From positions 1 to 35,212 of IMG/VR virus record IMGVR_UViG_3300044724_004608: 35,212 bases of DNA; one strand, given 5' to 3'. Position 1 is the stretch's first letter. Every line of letters starts with the position of its first letter. The position numbers were made by a program, and so were the translations under genes. The DNA is from a virus. Lineage: Duplodnaviria; Caudoviricetes. The notes under the pieces are model-generated. The model was not told the origin of the DNA, made no database searches, and worked only from the letters and a program-made list of their open reading frames with translations. Shown piece by piece: positions 1-8,555 of the stretch.

Positions 1-1345
1 CGTCATTGATTGTCTCAATGAGAGTCTCATACCACTCGCTAACAGTACCAGTGAAATCAGGCGATGCCGAAGTAGCGCCCAACTCGTTACCATTGCTGTC
101 AACGAAAAGTCCTGGAGCACGTGACCAGTAACGAGTACCTGCCTTTGCACCAACAATAAGATCGCTAAGAATCTCACGGTCAATTTCAAGAGCAATCTGC
201 TCTGAAAGAATACCAGTCAATTCAACCTCTGCATCAAGGTTGTGGTAAGCGTTGAGGTCCTGACCTAACTCAGGAGTCCACTTTGCTTTCAATTTCTTTG
301 TGACTGCGGTAACAGCAATGCTGTCAACCCTGATGTCAATCTCAGGAATTCCCTGATCGACCAATTGTCCTGGCATTTGTGGACCAGCACCCTGGTTGAC
401 ACCTGCACCTTCAAGAGCCCACTCGGAAGCACCTCTAACGACACCAACGTGATCAGTTCCAGTGAAATGATCGGCCAGTGGGTAGCTCAGTGCGCCTGCA
501 TCAATCGCTGCACCTGCGTTGAGCGGATCAGCAGCATCCTTTACGAAAGTAAGAACAAGGTTGCCACTAGAATCCAAACGAGTCAGGCGACGAATAAGAG
601 CAGGACTGTTCGCTAGTGCGTTCGATCCGTTAACAAGAATTCTAATACCTGCAAGTGCATTCTTGTTAAGTCTTGGTAAATCTTCGTCAAGACTAGAGAC
701 CGTTACAACCTCTACTTGCTGTGAAGCATCATCTTCCAAGAAAGCCAAAAGATCTGGATCAAATTGAAGATTCTTCTTGTCCGCTTCCGTAAGAGAAGTA
801 AAGACCTTTGCAGAAACAAGGTTGCTGATAGCACCTGCTGCAATTTCAGTGTTAGATCCGGTTGCTGCCGTGTAAGTATTACCAAGATCGTAAAAACCAC
901 CAGGGCCTGTTTGATCAGTAGGTGCCAAATCAACACCGCCAGTCAACTGACGAGCAACAACATTACCACCGTAAAGTGAATCGCCAGCAGCGAGACCGCC
1001 ACGTGCTTCATTTGCGGTGAAATCCAAGAAGAAGATAAGACCACTTGGAAGACTCATAGGCTGAACGCTTACGAGATCGTTTGCAATCAATCCACCGAAT
1101 ACTCGGCGAACGATTGGGAAAGCAACTGATGCGAAACCTTCGACATCACCTGAGGACATTGTGGATGCTTCACGAAGAAGCTCCTTTGCTTGGTTCTCAA
1201 GGAGAACCGCCATACCGTTTCGGTTTTGCTCGTTGCTGATGCCCTCTAAAAGACCAGTCTTTTCCCACTTTTCGAGAAGTGCTTGACCTTCCTTAGAGAC
1301 GTCACGTCGAACAATACCTTCGGTTAATTTTTCTAATACAGACAT
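1..1345 (-). CDS. Major capsid protein, T4 gp23-like (3' end outside the window)
   Basis: Not in the ORF track; translated by hand from ATG at 1345 (AGGAGG at 1355-1360). Reads MSVLEKLTEG...LLEKWEKTGLLEG...LLENQAKEL...AFPIVRRVFGGLIANDLVSVQPMSLPSGLIFFLDF...IPEIDIRVDSIAVTAVTKKLKAKWTPELGQDLNAYHNLDAEVELTGILSEQIALEIDREIL, which are gp23 hallmark motifs. Frame is open to base 1. Confidence 0.97.
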   Translation of the reverse strand, partial: MSVLEKLTEGIVRRDVSKEGQALLEKWEKTGLLEGISNEQNRNGMAVLLENQAKELLREASTMSSGDVEGFASVAFPIVRRVFGGLIANDLVSVQPMSLPSGLIFFLDFTANEARGGLAAGDSLYGGNVVARQLTGGVDLAPTDQTGPGGFYDLGNTYTAATGSNTEIAAGAISNLVSAKVFTSLTEADKKNLQFDPDLLAFLEDDASQQVEVVTVSSLDEDLPRLNKNALAGIRILVNGSNALANSPALIRRLTRLDSSGNLVLTFVKDAADPLNAGAAIDAGALSYPLADHFTGTDHVGVVRGASEWALEGAGVNQGAGPQMPGQLVDQGIPEIDIRVDSIAVTAVTKKLKAKWTPELGQDLNAYHNLDAEVELTGILSEQIALEIDREILSDLIVGAKAGTRYWSRAPGLFVDSNGNELGATSASPDFTGTVSEWYETLIETIND

Positions 1346-1366
1346 TGTTTGTAACCTCCTAAATAA

Positions 1367-2464
1367 TTAATTTCTGTTTTTTATACCAGCTAATCGCTGC
1401 ATTCTATCAGCAAATATATTTGCTGATGTTGTTGTTCTCTTCTCTTCACGAGTTCGAACTAGCAAAGATGATCTTCTGCTTGCCGCTTCATTCAACGATT
1501 CAGGACTACTTTCAATTTTGGTAGTCTCCATTGAATTTTGAAGGGTCTCATAAATGACCTTCGCTTCTTTTGCATCTTCTGCCTTTGCAATTGATTCGAC
1601 AATATTCTTTTTCTGTCGCTCATTCAGGGAGTTACAATCCAAAGTACGATTGATGTACAATAGTTTAGCGTTTGATGTATTAACAGCATCAAACTTTTCT
1701 TTTAGTTGTCCAACAGCATTCTGGTAGGTTTCAACCTCCGCTGTTAGATCTTTATTCTCATTTAATAATTGTTTGTTGTTCTTCTTAAGGGAAATATTTG
1801 ATTCTTCTAACTTATCAAGTGCTGACTTGAGTGCTTCAAGTTGCTCTTTGACCTCATCATCTTGTGCTCTAGCGAGTTCCATTTCCACTGCATGGTCGAT
1901 CTCTTCATTAGAGACACCCATAAAACCTCTTTTTTGTGGTTTCATATCTACCTTAAGCGCTTCCATAATGTCGTCTACGAACACATCCTCTAACTCTTCC
2001 TCTAATTGAGCAAGGGTTTCGGTTGCCAAAGATTCTGCGTCAGGGGATGACTGAATCTCATCTTCCATAGAGGAAGCAAGTTCTTCATGATCTACTTTAT
2101 CGAACTCTAAGGCATCGCTGGCAGCAATACCCTCTTCTGCTTCGATCTCTTTAATTCGCTTTTCAATAGCGTCAAGGTCTAACTCAACCTCTGCAGAGTC
2201 AGAAGTAGAAACTGCATCCATTGCTTCTTCATCAGAAGCGTCGGAAACACTCTCTTCGTCACCGGTAGGTTCTTCAGAAGCAAGATCTGCCATTGGATCC
2301 ATCTCCATGTCCATCTCATCCTCCTCTTCTTCTTCTAAGAAAGAAGTAACCGCTTCCTTGATTTGGTCAGAGTACTTCTCGATGACCAGTTGCTCTGCAT
2401 TTTTAAGTGCAGCATCTTTAAGTGCTTTTGCGTCGATGATTGCTTGTTCTAGTAATGAAGACAT
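1367..2464 (-). CDS. Prohead core scaffolding protein (gp22-like position)
   Basis: 365 aa, very acidic N-half and coiled-coil C-half, ends FADRMQRLAGIK; directly upstream of the major capsid gene. Confidence 0.75.
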   Translation of the reverse strand: MSSLLEQAIIDAKALKDAALKNAEQLVIEKYSDQIKEAVTSFLEEEEEDEMDMEMDPMADLASEEPTGDEESVSDASDEEAMDAVSTSDSAEVELDLDAIEKRIKEIEAEEGIAASDALEFDKVDHEELASSMEDEIQSSPDAESLATETLAQLEEELEDVFVDDIMEALKVDMKPQKRGFMGVSNEEIDHAVEMELARAQDDEVKEQLEALKSALDKLEESNISLKKNNKQLLNENKDLTAEVETYQNAVGQLKEKFDAVNTSNAKLLYINRTLDCNSLNERQKKNIVESIAKAEDAKEAKVIYETLQNSMETTKIESSPESLNEAASRRSSLLVRTREEKRTTTSANIFADRMQRLAGIKNRN

Positions 2465-2498
2465 AATTTTCCCCTTGTATTAAAAATATGTTCAGTAA

Positions 2499-2505
2499 TA
2501 AATAG
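2499..2505 (-). promoter_or_regulatory. Putative late-promoter box CTATTTA upstream of scaffold/MCP
   Basis: AACTATTTATT on the coding strand, 34 nt upstream of the scaffold ATG; same heptamer at similar spacing at 15431-15437 and 21055-21061. Confidence 0.45.
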
Positions 2506-2563
2506 TTGGAGTGTTTTCTAAACACCTGAATTTTATTATACTACAATGTAGGGCAACTTTTGT

Positions 2564-2731
2564 TTATTTTTGAGGATTTGTTCTTAAAGATGAAAGACCA
2601 GGAATAACCATTCGTAAAGGTGCCGATGCTAGGGTTCCATCTTCTTGTTTTGTCGTGATTTGAGTATCGTTATTTAAGTCATTGATATTATCAATAGTGA
2701 AGTCAGGTTTTATTTTATGCTGTCTTTTCAT
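2564..2731 (-). CDS. Hypothetical protein, 55 aa
   Basis: Restarted at ATG 2731 (MKRQHKIKPDF...), which has AGGAG at 2739-2743. The track start (2836) overlaps the upstream gene. Confidence 0.65.
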   Translation of the reverse strand: MKRQHKIKPDFTIDNINDLNNDTQITTKQEDGTLASAPLRMVIPGLSSLRTNPQK

Positions 2732-2741
2732 AGCGATACTC

Positions 2742-3167
2742 CTAAAAATTCGAAAGTCCTGCTGCAACCCTGTCGTCAGCATGAAAGTTATGTGCAGACC
2801 CCTGAAAGTACAACCTATCAACACCCGCAATTTCAAAAATTCTGTGATGGTATATTGCTTGATTAAAGGTTAGTTCAACTTGATTGCCGGAAACATCATA
2901 AAGTTCTGCCCAGACTCCTGAAGCATAGTTGAATCCCCAAACTGTTAAGGTGTGATTCTCGTCGTTCTCACTGTTCTTTACATAGATATGAAGAAATCTT
3001 TCATTCTCTGTTCTATATCCATCTGTTGCTGCTGATGGTGCTGCGGTCGGAAGAGTGGTGGAAGCATCGTGAAGCATTGTCCCAAAAGCACCTGCAATAT
3101 TTCTGATACCTCTATGTCTTCCAAAACTTGAATATCTGTGAAAACCTGAACTTGTACTTGCTGCCAT
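2742..3167 (-). CDS. Hypothetical protein, paralog of 3178-3594 (possible virion accessory protein)
   Basis: 141 aa; AGGAG at 3175-3179; shares STSSGFH.YSS.GR, TEN.R.LH, YA.GVWAEL and IFEI.GVD with its neighbour. Confidence 0.8.
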   Translation of the reverse strand: MAASTSSGFHRYSSFGRHRGIRNIAGAFGTMLHDASTTLPTAAPSAATDGYRTENERFLHIYVKNSENDENHTLTVWGFNYASGVWAELYDVSGNQVELTFNQAIYHHRIFEIAGVDRLYFQGSAHNFHADDRVAAGLSNF

Positions 3168-3177
3168 TACTTATCTC

Positions 3178-3594
3178 CTAGAATGTTGAACAAGCAGCAT
3201 AAACACTTGTTGTATCTGCACCAAGGTTAAATGCTACGAGGTCAACTCCATCAATTTCAAAAATCTTGTGCTCGCCATCTGCTACCGTACAAGAACTACC
3301 ACCAATAATAAGTTCGGCCCATACTCCAAAAGCATATGAATAAACAAAAATGTTGGCGACAGAACCACCAGTAGTTGCTGTAACATGTAGATACCTTTGG
3401 TTTTCTGTAGAGTATACTCCAGATGCTGGGTTCGATTTGTTGACGCCGGTAATGGCATCAGTTATAAATTTTGCTGCGGCAACATCGGCAACATCTACAA
3501 CTGCAGTACCATCAGCACCTGTAATGCACTTTGGTCTGCGGGTCCTGCCCCAACTGCTGTATGTGTGAAATCCTGAACTTGTGCTTTGTGCCAT
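3178..3594 (-). CDS. Hypothetical protein, paralog of 2742-3167
   Basis: 138 aa; AGGAG at 3602-3606; same shared motifs. Confidence 0.8.
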   Translation of the reverse strand: MAQSTSSGFHTYSSWGRTRRPKCITGADGTAVVDVADVAAAKFITDAITGVNKSNPASGVYSTENQRYLHVTATTGGSVANIFVYSYAFGVWAELIIGGSSCTVADGEHKIFEIDGVDLVAFNLGADTTSVYAACSTF

Positions 3595-3613
3595 CTTAAA
3601 TCTCCTAAGTTAT

Positions 3614-3838
3614 TTAGTCTTTAAACTTTTCGTTAAATTTTCTTGTTGATTCTTGAGAAAGTCTTTTCTTTCTTTCCTTCTTCAACTTTCTGATCTCAGA
3701 CTTCGGAGTGAATTGACTACGGTTGCGCACTGCGTCGATCAAACCTTCTTTCTTAGTCTTCTTGATAAATCGACGAATCATCTTCATCTGATCTTCGTTG
3801 TTTTTTGGTTTTACTTCAAAATTTACTGGTTTACTCAT
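3614..3838 (-). CDS. rpsU: Phage-encoded 30S ribosomal protein bS21
   Basis: 74 aa, very basic. V...NNE...MIRRF.KK.KKEG.....R.R..F.PKSE.RK matches the bS21 pattern (E. coli V.ENE....LRRFKR...KAG.....R.R.FYEKPT.ERK). Lies in the head module, as in known bS21-encoding phages. Confidence 0.85.
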   Translation of the reverse strand: MSKPVNFEVKPKNNEDQMKMIRRFIKKTKKEGLIDAVRNRSQFTPKSEIRKLKKERKKRLSQESTRKFNEKFKD

Positions 3839-3851
3839 CTTGTTTTTTCCT

Positions 3852-4262
3852 TTACTTTAGAGCATTCCACTTATTGCCGAACGCTCCGATTAATCCGTCT
3901 ATACTAACTCCCGAGTCGTTCGGGTCGACACCACTTAGCGGAGAATGAGAAGGAGATGAATTACCGGCACTTGAAAGTGGTTCAGTACCCTCAAACACAT
4001 TAACGCCTCCATATGCTTCTTTGCCAATAGCGTCTGCAAGTTTATTTTTTGATTCCTGCAACCTCTTAGAAACTGCTGTAGTATCTCTTTTTAGTGTAGC
4101 AACTTGTTGTGTCTTCTGTTCTACTATGGGTTGTCCCATACCGGACACGATCTCTGCTACCAATGTCGACAAGACACCCTCTTCAAATATCGCTTCTTTG
4201 ATACACTCCATGACGAGTGGTTTCAGAACTTTCTTTAATTTATCTACTTCTTGTGCTTTCAT
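3852..4262 (-). CDS. Hypothetical head-module protein
   Basis: 136 aa; ATGA overlap with the protease stop; N-terminal LKKVLKPLVMECIKEAIFEE helix. Confidence 0.8.
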   Translation of the reverse strand: MKAQEVDKLKKVLKPLVMECIKEAIFEEGVLSTLVAEIVSGMGQPIVEQKTQQVATLKRDTTAVSKRLQESKNKLADAIGKEAYGGVNVFEGTEPLSSAGNSSPSHSPLSGVDPNDSGVSIDGLIGAFGNKWNALK

Positions 4263-4861
4263 TTTTCTTTTAAAATACTTCCCATTAAAATGTTGATCTT
4301 GTCAACCTTAGTTAATTCTCTTGTCATATCCTTAGACTCATTCACCTGAGACATGATGGCACCCGGTGTCGATGGGTCAGAGACCATGTCGAAACAAATA
4401 AGTTGAAAATCATCTTCTACTAAAGTGACACCGTTTGATTCTCTAACAGAACCCATGCCTCTGGAAGAAATACCACAAGGTATACCTGCCTCGACCAAAC
4501 TCTTTAAGATCATTCCTGATGGTGTGGGTAAAACTTCAATCTTACCCATTACTTTATTTTCGTCCATCCATATTTCAGTTACAATGTGTGAAGCATTCTG
4601 AAGATTTATAACAGAAGACTCTGGGTGATCTAATTCACCTAGTGCCCTTCTTTGACTTACTAGTTCGCCATACCTCTTAACCTCGCGCTCAAGTAAGGCG
4701 TGCGGATAAACTCTACCGTTGTGGTTCTTTGTTTCTGACATTTGCATGACGCCTGTTAGAATCGTAGCGCCCTGCGCAACTCTTCGCTTCTCGTCTTCTG
4801 TCAGGAGGTCTTGGCATACGCCGCCCTCGCACAATTCAAAATACTCTCTTATTAATTTCAT
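4259..4861 (-). CDS. Prohead core protein protease, T4 gp21-like
   Basis: KNHNGRVYP, ALGELDHP, ASH, LPTPSG, GISSRGMGS and FDMVSDPSTPGA motifs of gp21-type proteases. Confidence 0.95.
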   Translation of the reverse strand: MKLIREYFELCEGGVCQDLLTEDEKRRVAQGATILTGVMQMSETKNHNGRVYPHALLEREVKRYGELVSQRRALGELDHPESSVINLQNASHIVTEIWMDENKVMGKIEVLPTPSGMILKSLVEAGIPCGISSRGMGSVRESNGVTLVEDDFQLICFDMVSDPSTPGAIMSQVNESKDMTRELTKVDKINILMGSILKEK

Positions 4862-4874
4862 TTTATATCCTCAA

Positions 4875-4889
4875 GCGGGGGTCACCCGC
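4875..4889 (-). promoter_or_regulatory. GC-rich hairpin immediately 5' of the protease RBS
   Basis: GCGGG-TGACC-CCCGC in an AT-rich background, followed by TTGAGGATATAAAATG. No U-tract, so not a canonical terminator. Confidence 0.4.
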
Positions 4890-4894
4890 ATCAG

Positions 4895-4945
4895 TTACTT
4901 GCCACTACAGCAACGTCTGACTTTTTGTAACATCCAACGTTTCAT
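4895..4945 (-). CDS. Putative 16-aa micropeptide MKRWMLQKVRRCCSGK
   Basis: ATG at 4945 preceded by AAGGAG (4953-4958); stop TAA at 4895-4897; fills the gap between the CxxC membrane gene and the protease. Confidence 0.55.
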   Translation of the reverse strand: MKRWMLQKVRRCCSGK

Positions 4946-4949
4946 AACT

Positions 4950-5246
4950 CTACTCCTTTTCTATTTTTATCTGAAGTCCCCAATCTGTGACAAGCATACT
5001 AGCAAAGTAGCAAACCATCGAAGAGTAGCAACCCAAGACAAATGCCGTTACCGGCGTCCTATCAAACGTAAATAGTCCCGTGTAAGGACTTATCGCCCAC
5101 AAAATAATCCCGGTCCAAAACCCTGTGCACATCGGGCAGGATACAAGTTTCCCCATCCAACCCTGAGTGGGTCGAATTCTATCCAATATACTTCCGTAAA
5201 TGATTATTTGAGTCATGCCAATGCAGGCAATCGTAAAGGTAAGCAT
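4950..5246 (-). CDS. Small membrane protein with CxxC (DUF1360-like)
   Basis: 98 aa with hydrophobic segments; LVSCPMCTGFW resembles the DUF1360 L..CPWC.G.W signature; TAATG coupling to the upstream gene. Confidence 0.65.
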   Translation of the reverse strand: MLTFTIACIGMTQIIIYGSILDRIRPTQGWMGKLVSCPMCTGFWTGIILWAISPYTGLFTFDRTPVTAFVLGCYSSMVCYFASMLVTDWGLQIKIEKE

Positions 5247-5809
5247 TACTTCTCCGTCATTTCTCTCAAGATAGAATACATGTATTGGTATCCGTAAGGT
5301 CGAACCTGATGATCCATACTTCCCTTCTTCTGATCGTGAGGCACCTCGCCAAGTTCTGTACTGTCAATGTCATCAGGTTCAAGAAAGAAATCTTGCAAGT
5401 TGTCCTTATACATCTCTCTAGATTTCATATTAGGCATTTCTTCCTGAAGGAAGTTAAAAACCTCTAACAACGTAATCTGGAAACTTGACACTGTCTCTTC
5501 TGCTGACTTTAATATGTCTGCCTCCAGAGAAGCGTGCACAGATCCAGACTTAATTGAACCCCGGTCTAACACACCAAGAGAGGCAAGCGTTTCTAAAAGG
5601 TTCTTCTGCGCGAAGTAACACTCTTCTGTTATGGTCTTCTTTGGAAAGGTGGAAAGTCTAGACTTCTCGCGAGATACAACTATATCAATAAGATCATGGT
5701 CAAATATCAACAGATCACCATTTATTGCTTTTCGTGCTTCACGAAAAGATATTTGCTTTGTTACTGGTTCTGCGTCTTTTTCGCCACGAACAATATTGAT
5801 TTTAAGCAT
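5246..5809 (-). CDS. Hypothetical protein, ~187 aa
   Basis: Restarted at ATG 5809 (MLKINIVRG), which overlaps the upstream stop; C-terminal STELGEVPH...KGS. Confidence 0.75.
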   Translation of the reverse strand: MLKINIVRGEKDAEPVTKQISFREARKAINGDLLIFDHDLIDIVVSREKSRLSTFPKKTITEECYFAQKNLLETLASLGVLDRGSIKSGSVHASLEADILKSAEETVSSFQITLLEVFNFLQEEMPNMKSREMYKDNLQDFFLEPDDIDSTELGEVPHDQKKGSMDHQVRPYGYQYMYSILREMTEK

Positions 5810-6614
5810 CTTCTTCCAACTCCCTAACCAAGTCTTGTATCTTAAGTACTTCTTCAACCATTATATCATCAATTTCTTTGTTTTTGTATGTTTCGAGTTT
5901 TTGCAACACCCGATCAAACTTTTCCTTGAGTTGTTCGTTTTGCAGCGAGTCATCTTCGCTGTGAGAGATCAATCTCTCCTTTAGGTCAGAAACTTGCTCG
6001 TTCATAAAAACTTTCAACCCAATAGAGTTGTCCGAGAAAGATGCGATGTAGTTTGTCAAAAGGTCTTTCTGATTTTCTGGAAGGTCAGCATACTTCTTGT
6101 TAAAACCTTCTACAAAAGTCTTGTAGGTAAGGTTGTCGACATGCTGTTGCTCTTCTGTTTGTTCTGAAGTCAGGGACTCCACCATCTTTCTTTCCAAAAT
6201 CATCTTCTCTTTTATGGATGTCTTGTTGTTAAATATTCCATACACAGTTGCGAGACTTTTGTAATTCGGCACAAAGTTTCCAAACACGTCTGAAGAAAGT
6301 TGATAATTCATCTCTTTGATCAACTTGTTCTGAGATTTAAATATCTCGTGACCATTCAACTTTTGATACCTTTGATTTGCTTCTTGAAGCATACTCTCTG
6401 CTTCTTGTTTTGATAACTCGTCTGTCTCAAGCACTTCACGATAGATCTTCAACTCCTCATTGAGTGTCGACCCCTTTGCAAAGTTGTCCTTAATGATCCT
6501 CTTTACAAGAGTCTGCCTTGCAGTGTTTTTCTTTACCACCGCCTTGATATATTCTCTGGTGAGAGTCTCGAACAAAAATGCTGTATTTCTTTTCTTATTA
6601 TGCTTCAGTCTCAT
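5802..6614 (-). CDS. Hypothetical portal-adjacent helical protein
   Basis: 270 aa, starts MRLKHNKKRNTAFLFE; overlaps the 3' end of the portal gene. Confidence 0.8.
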   Translation of the reverse strand: MRLKHNKKRNTAFLFETLTREYIKAVVKKNTARQTLVKRIIKDNFAKGSTLNEELKIYREVLETDELSKQEAESMLQEANQRYQKLNGHEIFKSQNKLIKEMNYQLSSDVFGNFVPNYKSLATVYGIFNNKTSIKEKMILERKMVESLTSEQTEEQQHVDNLTYKTFVEGFNKKYADLPENQKDLLTNYIASFSDNSIGLKVFMNEQVSDLKERLISHSEDDSLQNEQLKEKFDRVLQKLETYKNKEIDDIMVEEVLKIQDLVRELEEDA

Positions 6615-8550
6615 TTTTAGGTTTCCTGTTGTTTAGTTCGTTGATGAGGTTTGCTACTTCCCTGTTTAAAGAAAATATGTTCTCCTCTTCATTAATATAA
6701 GTAGTGTCGTTAGACTCCGAAAGTCTTTGCTTATCTTCTTCTACAACCCCTCTGGACAAAGATTTTAACTTTTTATACCCTGGTACAGTCCTGTATGATT
6801 GAGTTCGACCGCCATGATCCCTCTTATCTCTTTCTCCGGTCATCTGTTTTGTTATGTGGACCTTGCCCTTAGACCTCTTATGTTGTGCATCATAAGTATC
6901 TTCTCTCGACCCTGGCGCTGCTAGTAACGGACTATCATCTGCTGCTGGTTCTTCTGCTGCGTCTGTTGCATCGCCCATTCCTTCAAGTCCTGAAAGATCC
7001 ACTCCTTCTCCGCCTTCGCCGCCAGCAAGATCACTGCCAAGAAGATCCTCTTCTTCACCCGACCCACCAGGAGTTGCTTCTGCTTGTGCTTGTTCTGATG
7101 CTGCTTCCAGTCTGGCGTCAAACTGTCGGTCATAATACATCTGTCGCTGATTTTTAACGAACTCTTCCTCAGTCATATTAAACAAGTGAGAAGCAATCCA
7201 CTGTCTACTGAAGTATCCCTCTGTCGCAGCACTTGCCACATCAAACTTAGTCTTCCAGTGCTCCAACTCTTGAAGTTCAGCAATCTTCGAAGGACTGTTT
7301 AGTTTAAGTTTAAAATTGATTAAGTCCTCTCCGCGATAACCAAGCGTGTAAAGATGAATGACTCCAATCTTGTGCATTTCAGTTACAACGGATCGCTGCA
7401 GTCTTTGAACTGTTCTAGCAAAACGAATGTCCTTTTGCGCAAGAGTAGTTGCATCTTCTCCACCACCTGCTTCAGCATTTGTGCTGGTCAGGTAAGATCC
7501 TGGAATCTTTAGTGCTGAAAATAGCTTGTCTCTCAAATACTTAACGTCGTCAATATCTCCTGTGTATGTGCCTCCTGGAAGACTCTCTACCTTGGAAGAC
7601 GATCCTGCACGTGTAGGAATAAAATAATCTTCATCTACAGACATCGGATTGTATCTAAGATCTACTCGTCCAGAGTTCGGATCTACAACCTGATTTCTTT
7701 TCATCGACGTCATAACCTTCTGCATATACTGTTCTATGTCTGTGGGAGGTATATTACCTACGTCAATATAGAACACTCTTCGCTCAGGTGACCTCACAAT
7801 ACGATACGCCATCATAGCGTCTTCTAATAAAGTTAATTGCCTCCATATGCGTCGGGCAGGTTCTAAAACAGAAGTACCGTAGGGAGTGTATTTGTCATTT
7901 CCAAGAATTCTAAAGTGACCGATTTGCCAATTTTCAAAAGTTAAACCCGCTGAGTTCCATTGGAACTGACAGTAGTTCGGGTTAGTCTTGTCTTCACCTT
8001 CAAGTCTCTCTAACTCTTGCCCCGGAAGTCCAATGACGCTTTTAATCCCCATGACATCATCGATGTCTAGATACAAAAAGAAGTCACCATACTTGACCAT
8101 AGTCCTGCACCATCCGAAGATATTATATTCGATGTTCATTACATCAAAATAGAGCGCAGACAAGATACCCTTGATCTCTTCGTTGTTGCAATCGATTGTC
8201 ATCAGAGGAGACATTGAACTGTGGTTTGTCATTTCATCAGCATATATGTCTATTGCCGAGGCGATCTCTGGGGTGTATTCCATCTGGTCGAAATCGACGT
8301 ATCTCTCTAATCTGTTTTGACTGCTCTGTGCGCCACCATAAAGACCGGCAAATGGATTGTAATCCATTCGCTTGAACTGTTGTCCACTAGCGGATGTAAA
8401 CTTACTAGCGTACTTATCTAACTGTCTTCTTCTAAGACGCCTCGCTGTTTGAGTCCTATAGTTAACAATAGGTCCCGACAATAGTCTTGTTAACTTCTTG
8501 AACAGATTACTCTGTGCGTTTTTTGGATTTACTTTTCTGCCGCCTGCCAT
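6598..8550 (-). CDS. Portal protein, T4 gp20-like
   Basis: PEIASAIDIYADE, LLEDAMMAYRIVRSPERRVFYIDVGN, EDYFIP, LPGG...DIDDVKYLRDKLFSALKIP, DIRFARTVQRLQ. Confidence 0.97.
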   Translation of the reverse strand: MAGGRKVNPKNAQSNLFKKLTRLLSGPIVNYRTQTARRLRRRQLDKYASKFTSASGQQFKRMDYNPFAGLYGGAQSSQNRLERYVDFDQMEYTPEIASAIDIYADEMTNHSSMSPLMTIDCNNEEIKGILSALYFDVMNIEYNIFGWCRTMVKYGDFFLYLDIDDVMGIKSVIGLPGQELERLEGEDKTNPNYCQFQWNSAGLTFENWQIGHFRILGNDKYTPYGTSVLEPARRIWRQLTLLEDAMMAYRIVRSPERRVFYIDVGNIPPTDIEQYMQKVMTSMKRNQVVDPNSGRVDLRYNPMSVDEDYFIPTRAGSSSKVESLPGGTYTGDIDDVKYLRDKLFSALKIPGSYLTSTNAEAGGGEDATTLAQKDIRFARTVQRLQRSVVTEMHKIGVIHLYTLGYRGEDLINFKLKLNSPSKIAELQELEHWKTKFDVASAATEGYFSRQWIASHLFNMTEEEFVKNQRQMYYDRQFDARLEAASEQAQAEATPGGSGEEEDLLGSDLAGGEGGEGVDLSGLEGMGDATDAAEEPAADDSPLLAAPGSREDTYDAQHKRSKGKVHITKQMTGERDKRDHGGRTQSYRTVPGYKKLKSLSRGVVEEDKQRLSESNDTTYINEEENIFSLNREVANLINELNNRKPKNETEA

Positions 8551-8555
8551 ATTAT

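Noticed and set aside
2535-2557. TTGCCC...TATAAT as a sigma70 promoter
   Set aside because: Spacer is only 10 nt and there is no extended -10 TG at the right position.
4875-4889. Hairpin as a rho-independent terminator
   Set aside because: Only a 5-bp stem with no U-tract, and it is followed directly by an RBS.
4901-4952. Readthrough of the TAG at 4950-4952 to fuse the CxxC protein with the Cys-Cys peptide
   Set aside because: Readthrough gives a different frame (SYETLDV...) that stops soon; the peptide needs its own start or a frameshift.
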